From assembly GCF_024521635.1 (NCBI RefSeq), contig NW_026250411.1, forward strand, positions 372,001 through 436,000: a stretch of DNA of 64,000 bases, read 5' to 3'. The stretch is from Tricharina praecox (lineage: Eukaryota). Each line of letters begins with the position of its first letter. Positions within the stretch are counted from its first letter, which is position 1. The translations under genes and the position numbers were made by a program. The notes under the pieces are model-generated. The model saw only the letters and a list, made by a program, of their open reading frames with translations. It was not told the origin of the DNA and searched no databases. Shown here one piece after another: positions 62,515 through 64,000 of this stretch.

Positions 62515-64000
62515 TCAGCCCTGTCTTCTGCGGCTACCCTCGCCGCCGCTAGACAAGCCGCCATCGTCGTCTCGCAACATCCTAGTGCTGCCCGATGTTC
62601 CGGCGCCAACACGTTGGCCGGCGCTACCTCGTCCACCAACGTGGTTGTGGTTGTTGGGCGTCGGTCCTGCACTGCTTCCGCCGCTGCCGTAGGCTGCTTT
62701 GCCGCTGATGGATCGGTGGCCTTGTCCAGCCGCTGCCGCAACCCGTGGTAAAGTGCTGCTGGTGCCAACAGTCGCGCCAGTGCTGTTCCTCTTAGTCCCA
62801 GCTGCCAGAATGGGGTTCTTGCCGGTGATGCTTCTCGACGAGCTCAAGACGTTTGTTGATGGAGTTGTCTTCATAGGACTATGGTTTCCACAGGCAACAG
62901 TGACCTTCTTGGCGGTAGTGGGAGGATCCGGAAGGGGGCGAGAGTAAGCGGTGTATCGTCTAGTGTCGCTGCTAGCTGTCCCGGACGCGTAATTCCCCGA
63001 TCTTGCCCTACTCTGAACCGGTGGCTTCCGTCCCGAAATGAACTCATGGCTCATGGCCTCCTCGGGCCGCAGCCGCTTGTCGGGGTCCCATCGGAGACAG
63101 CGAGAGACAAAATCGAGGAAAGGCTCATCGTCGCACTTGAGCACTTGCTGCAAAGTCTTCGAGCTGACACGCCGTCTGCGGCCCTTGGACGAGACTATCA
63201 TCCGTGGTTTGCCTTGGGAGTCGAAGAACAGCTTGCGACGGGTGGATTTCTCGATGAGGTGCTTTTCCGGCGGTCCGAACACTTCCATGATACATGCCAA
63301 CTGCTCTTGCTCGTTTTCTCCAGGGAAGATAGGGTATCCAGTGAAAAGCTCGGCGAGGATGCAACCCAGCGACCACATGTCAATCGGCAAACCGTAGCTC
63401 ATTCCCAGGATAACTTCCGGAGATCGGTAAAACCGGGACTGAATGTAAGTGTACACTAAATGCTGTTAGCTTCCATAGCGGTGGTGGTGGGAGCTCTCTC
63501 GTCTACCTTTCTCATTCTCGAAACAACTGCTACCAAAATCGATGACCTTGATCTCAGAGCGGGCAGGGTGTGCGAGCAGGATGTTCTCGGGCTTGAGATC
63601 GCAGTGGATCACGCGATGTCCCTTGAGCAGAGTCAAAGAGCTGAGCATCTGCTTTGTGAATCGGCGGATAAGCTTGAGCGAGAAGCCACGGAAGTCATTG
63701 CTCTTGATAAACTCGTAAAGGTTCATTCCCAGCAACTCGGTCGAGATACACAGATGTCCTCTGAAGTAAAAGCTTTGGGTGAAGTTAATCAGAGAGTGTT
63801 TTTGGTTCGGGTCCTGTAACCGTTAGTGAGCTATCCTCATCACCGGAAAAAAAAGCATGAAATGCTTACCCATTCCTTCAGCTTCTGCAAGATGTTGACC
63901 TCGACCAACGCCTGTTGGTGGAATCGCTTCTTGTTCCGGATGATCTTGATGGCGACGAGTCCTCCGGTACGATGGTCGATACATCGCACGACCTGGCCGA
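62515..64000 (-). CDS. DYRK-family (Pom1/DYRK2-like) dual-specificity protein kinase, 3' part; the gene runs off the window end
   Basis: [58 protein letters not shown] (YxY activation loop), DMWSLGC. Introns at about 63816-63870 and 63457-63507. Confidence 0.95.

Overview
Eukaryotic, intron-containing DNA from a filamentous ascomycete (GT-AG introns of about 50-100 nt with CTAAC/CTGAC branch points). Pezizomycete affinity is my impression and is not demonstrated. The ordinary genes I can support are a nucleotidyltransferase-fold-like protein, a DUF676-like alpha/beta-hydrolase, a CBM1-GH10 xylanase, a patatin-like protein, a DHA1-type MFS transporter, a nucleotide-sugar transporter, a large conserved-looking hypothetical protein, a secreted DUF1996-WSC protein and the 3' part of a DYRK/Pom1-type kinase. 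The most striking structure is a locus of about 8.8 kb (30.8-39.6 kb) with five intronless genes for small secreted single-domain CBM14/peritrophin-A chitin-binding proteins plus a sixth promoter-only unit. The units repeat promoter, CDS and 3' flank together. Two of them form a near-perfect inverted repeat of about 650 bp around a third copy, the units look mosaic as if gene-converted, and two different TIR elements sit in the spacers. Other findings are a spliced pre-pro Cys-rich peptide gene missed by the ORF track, two probable pseudo-enzymes, a modular 49-bp minisatellite and a pair of leucine-zipper-only small proteins. All family assignments come from motif recognition by eye. No searches were run.
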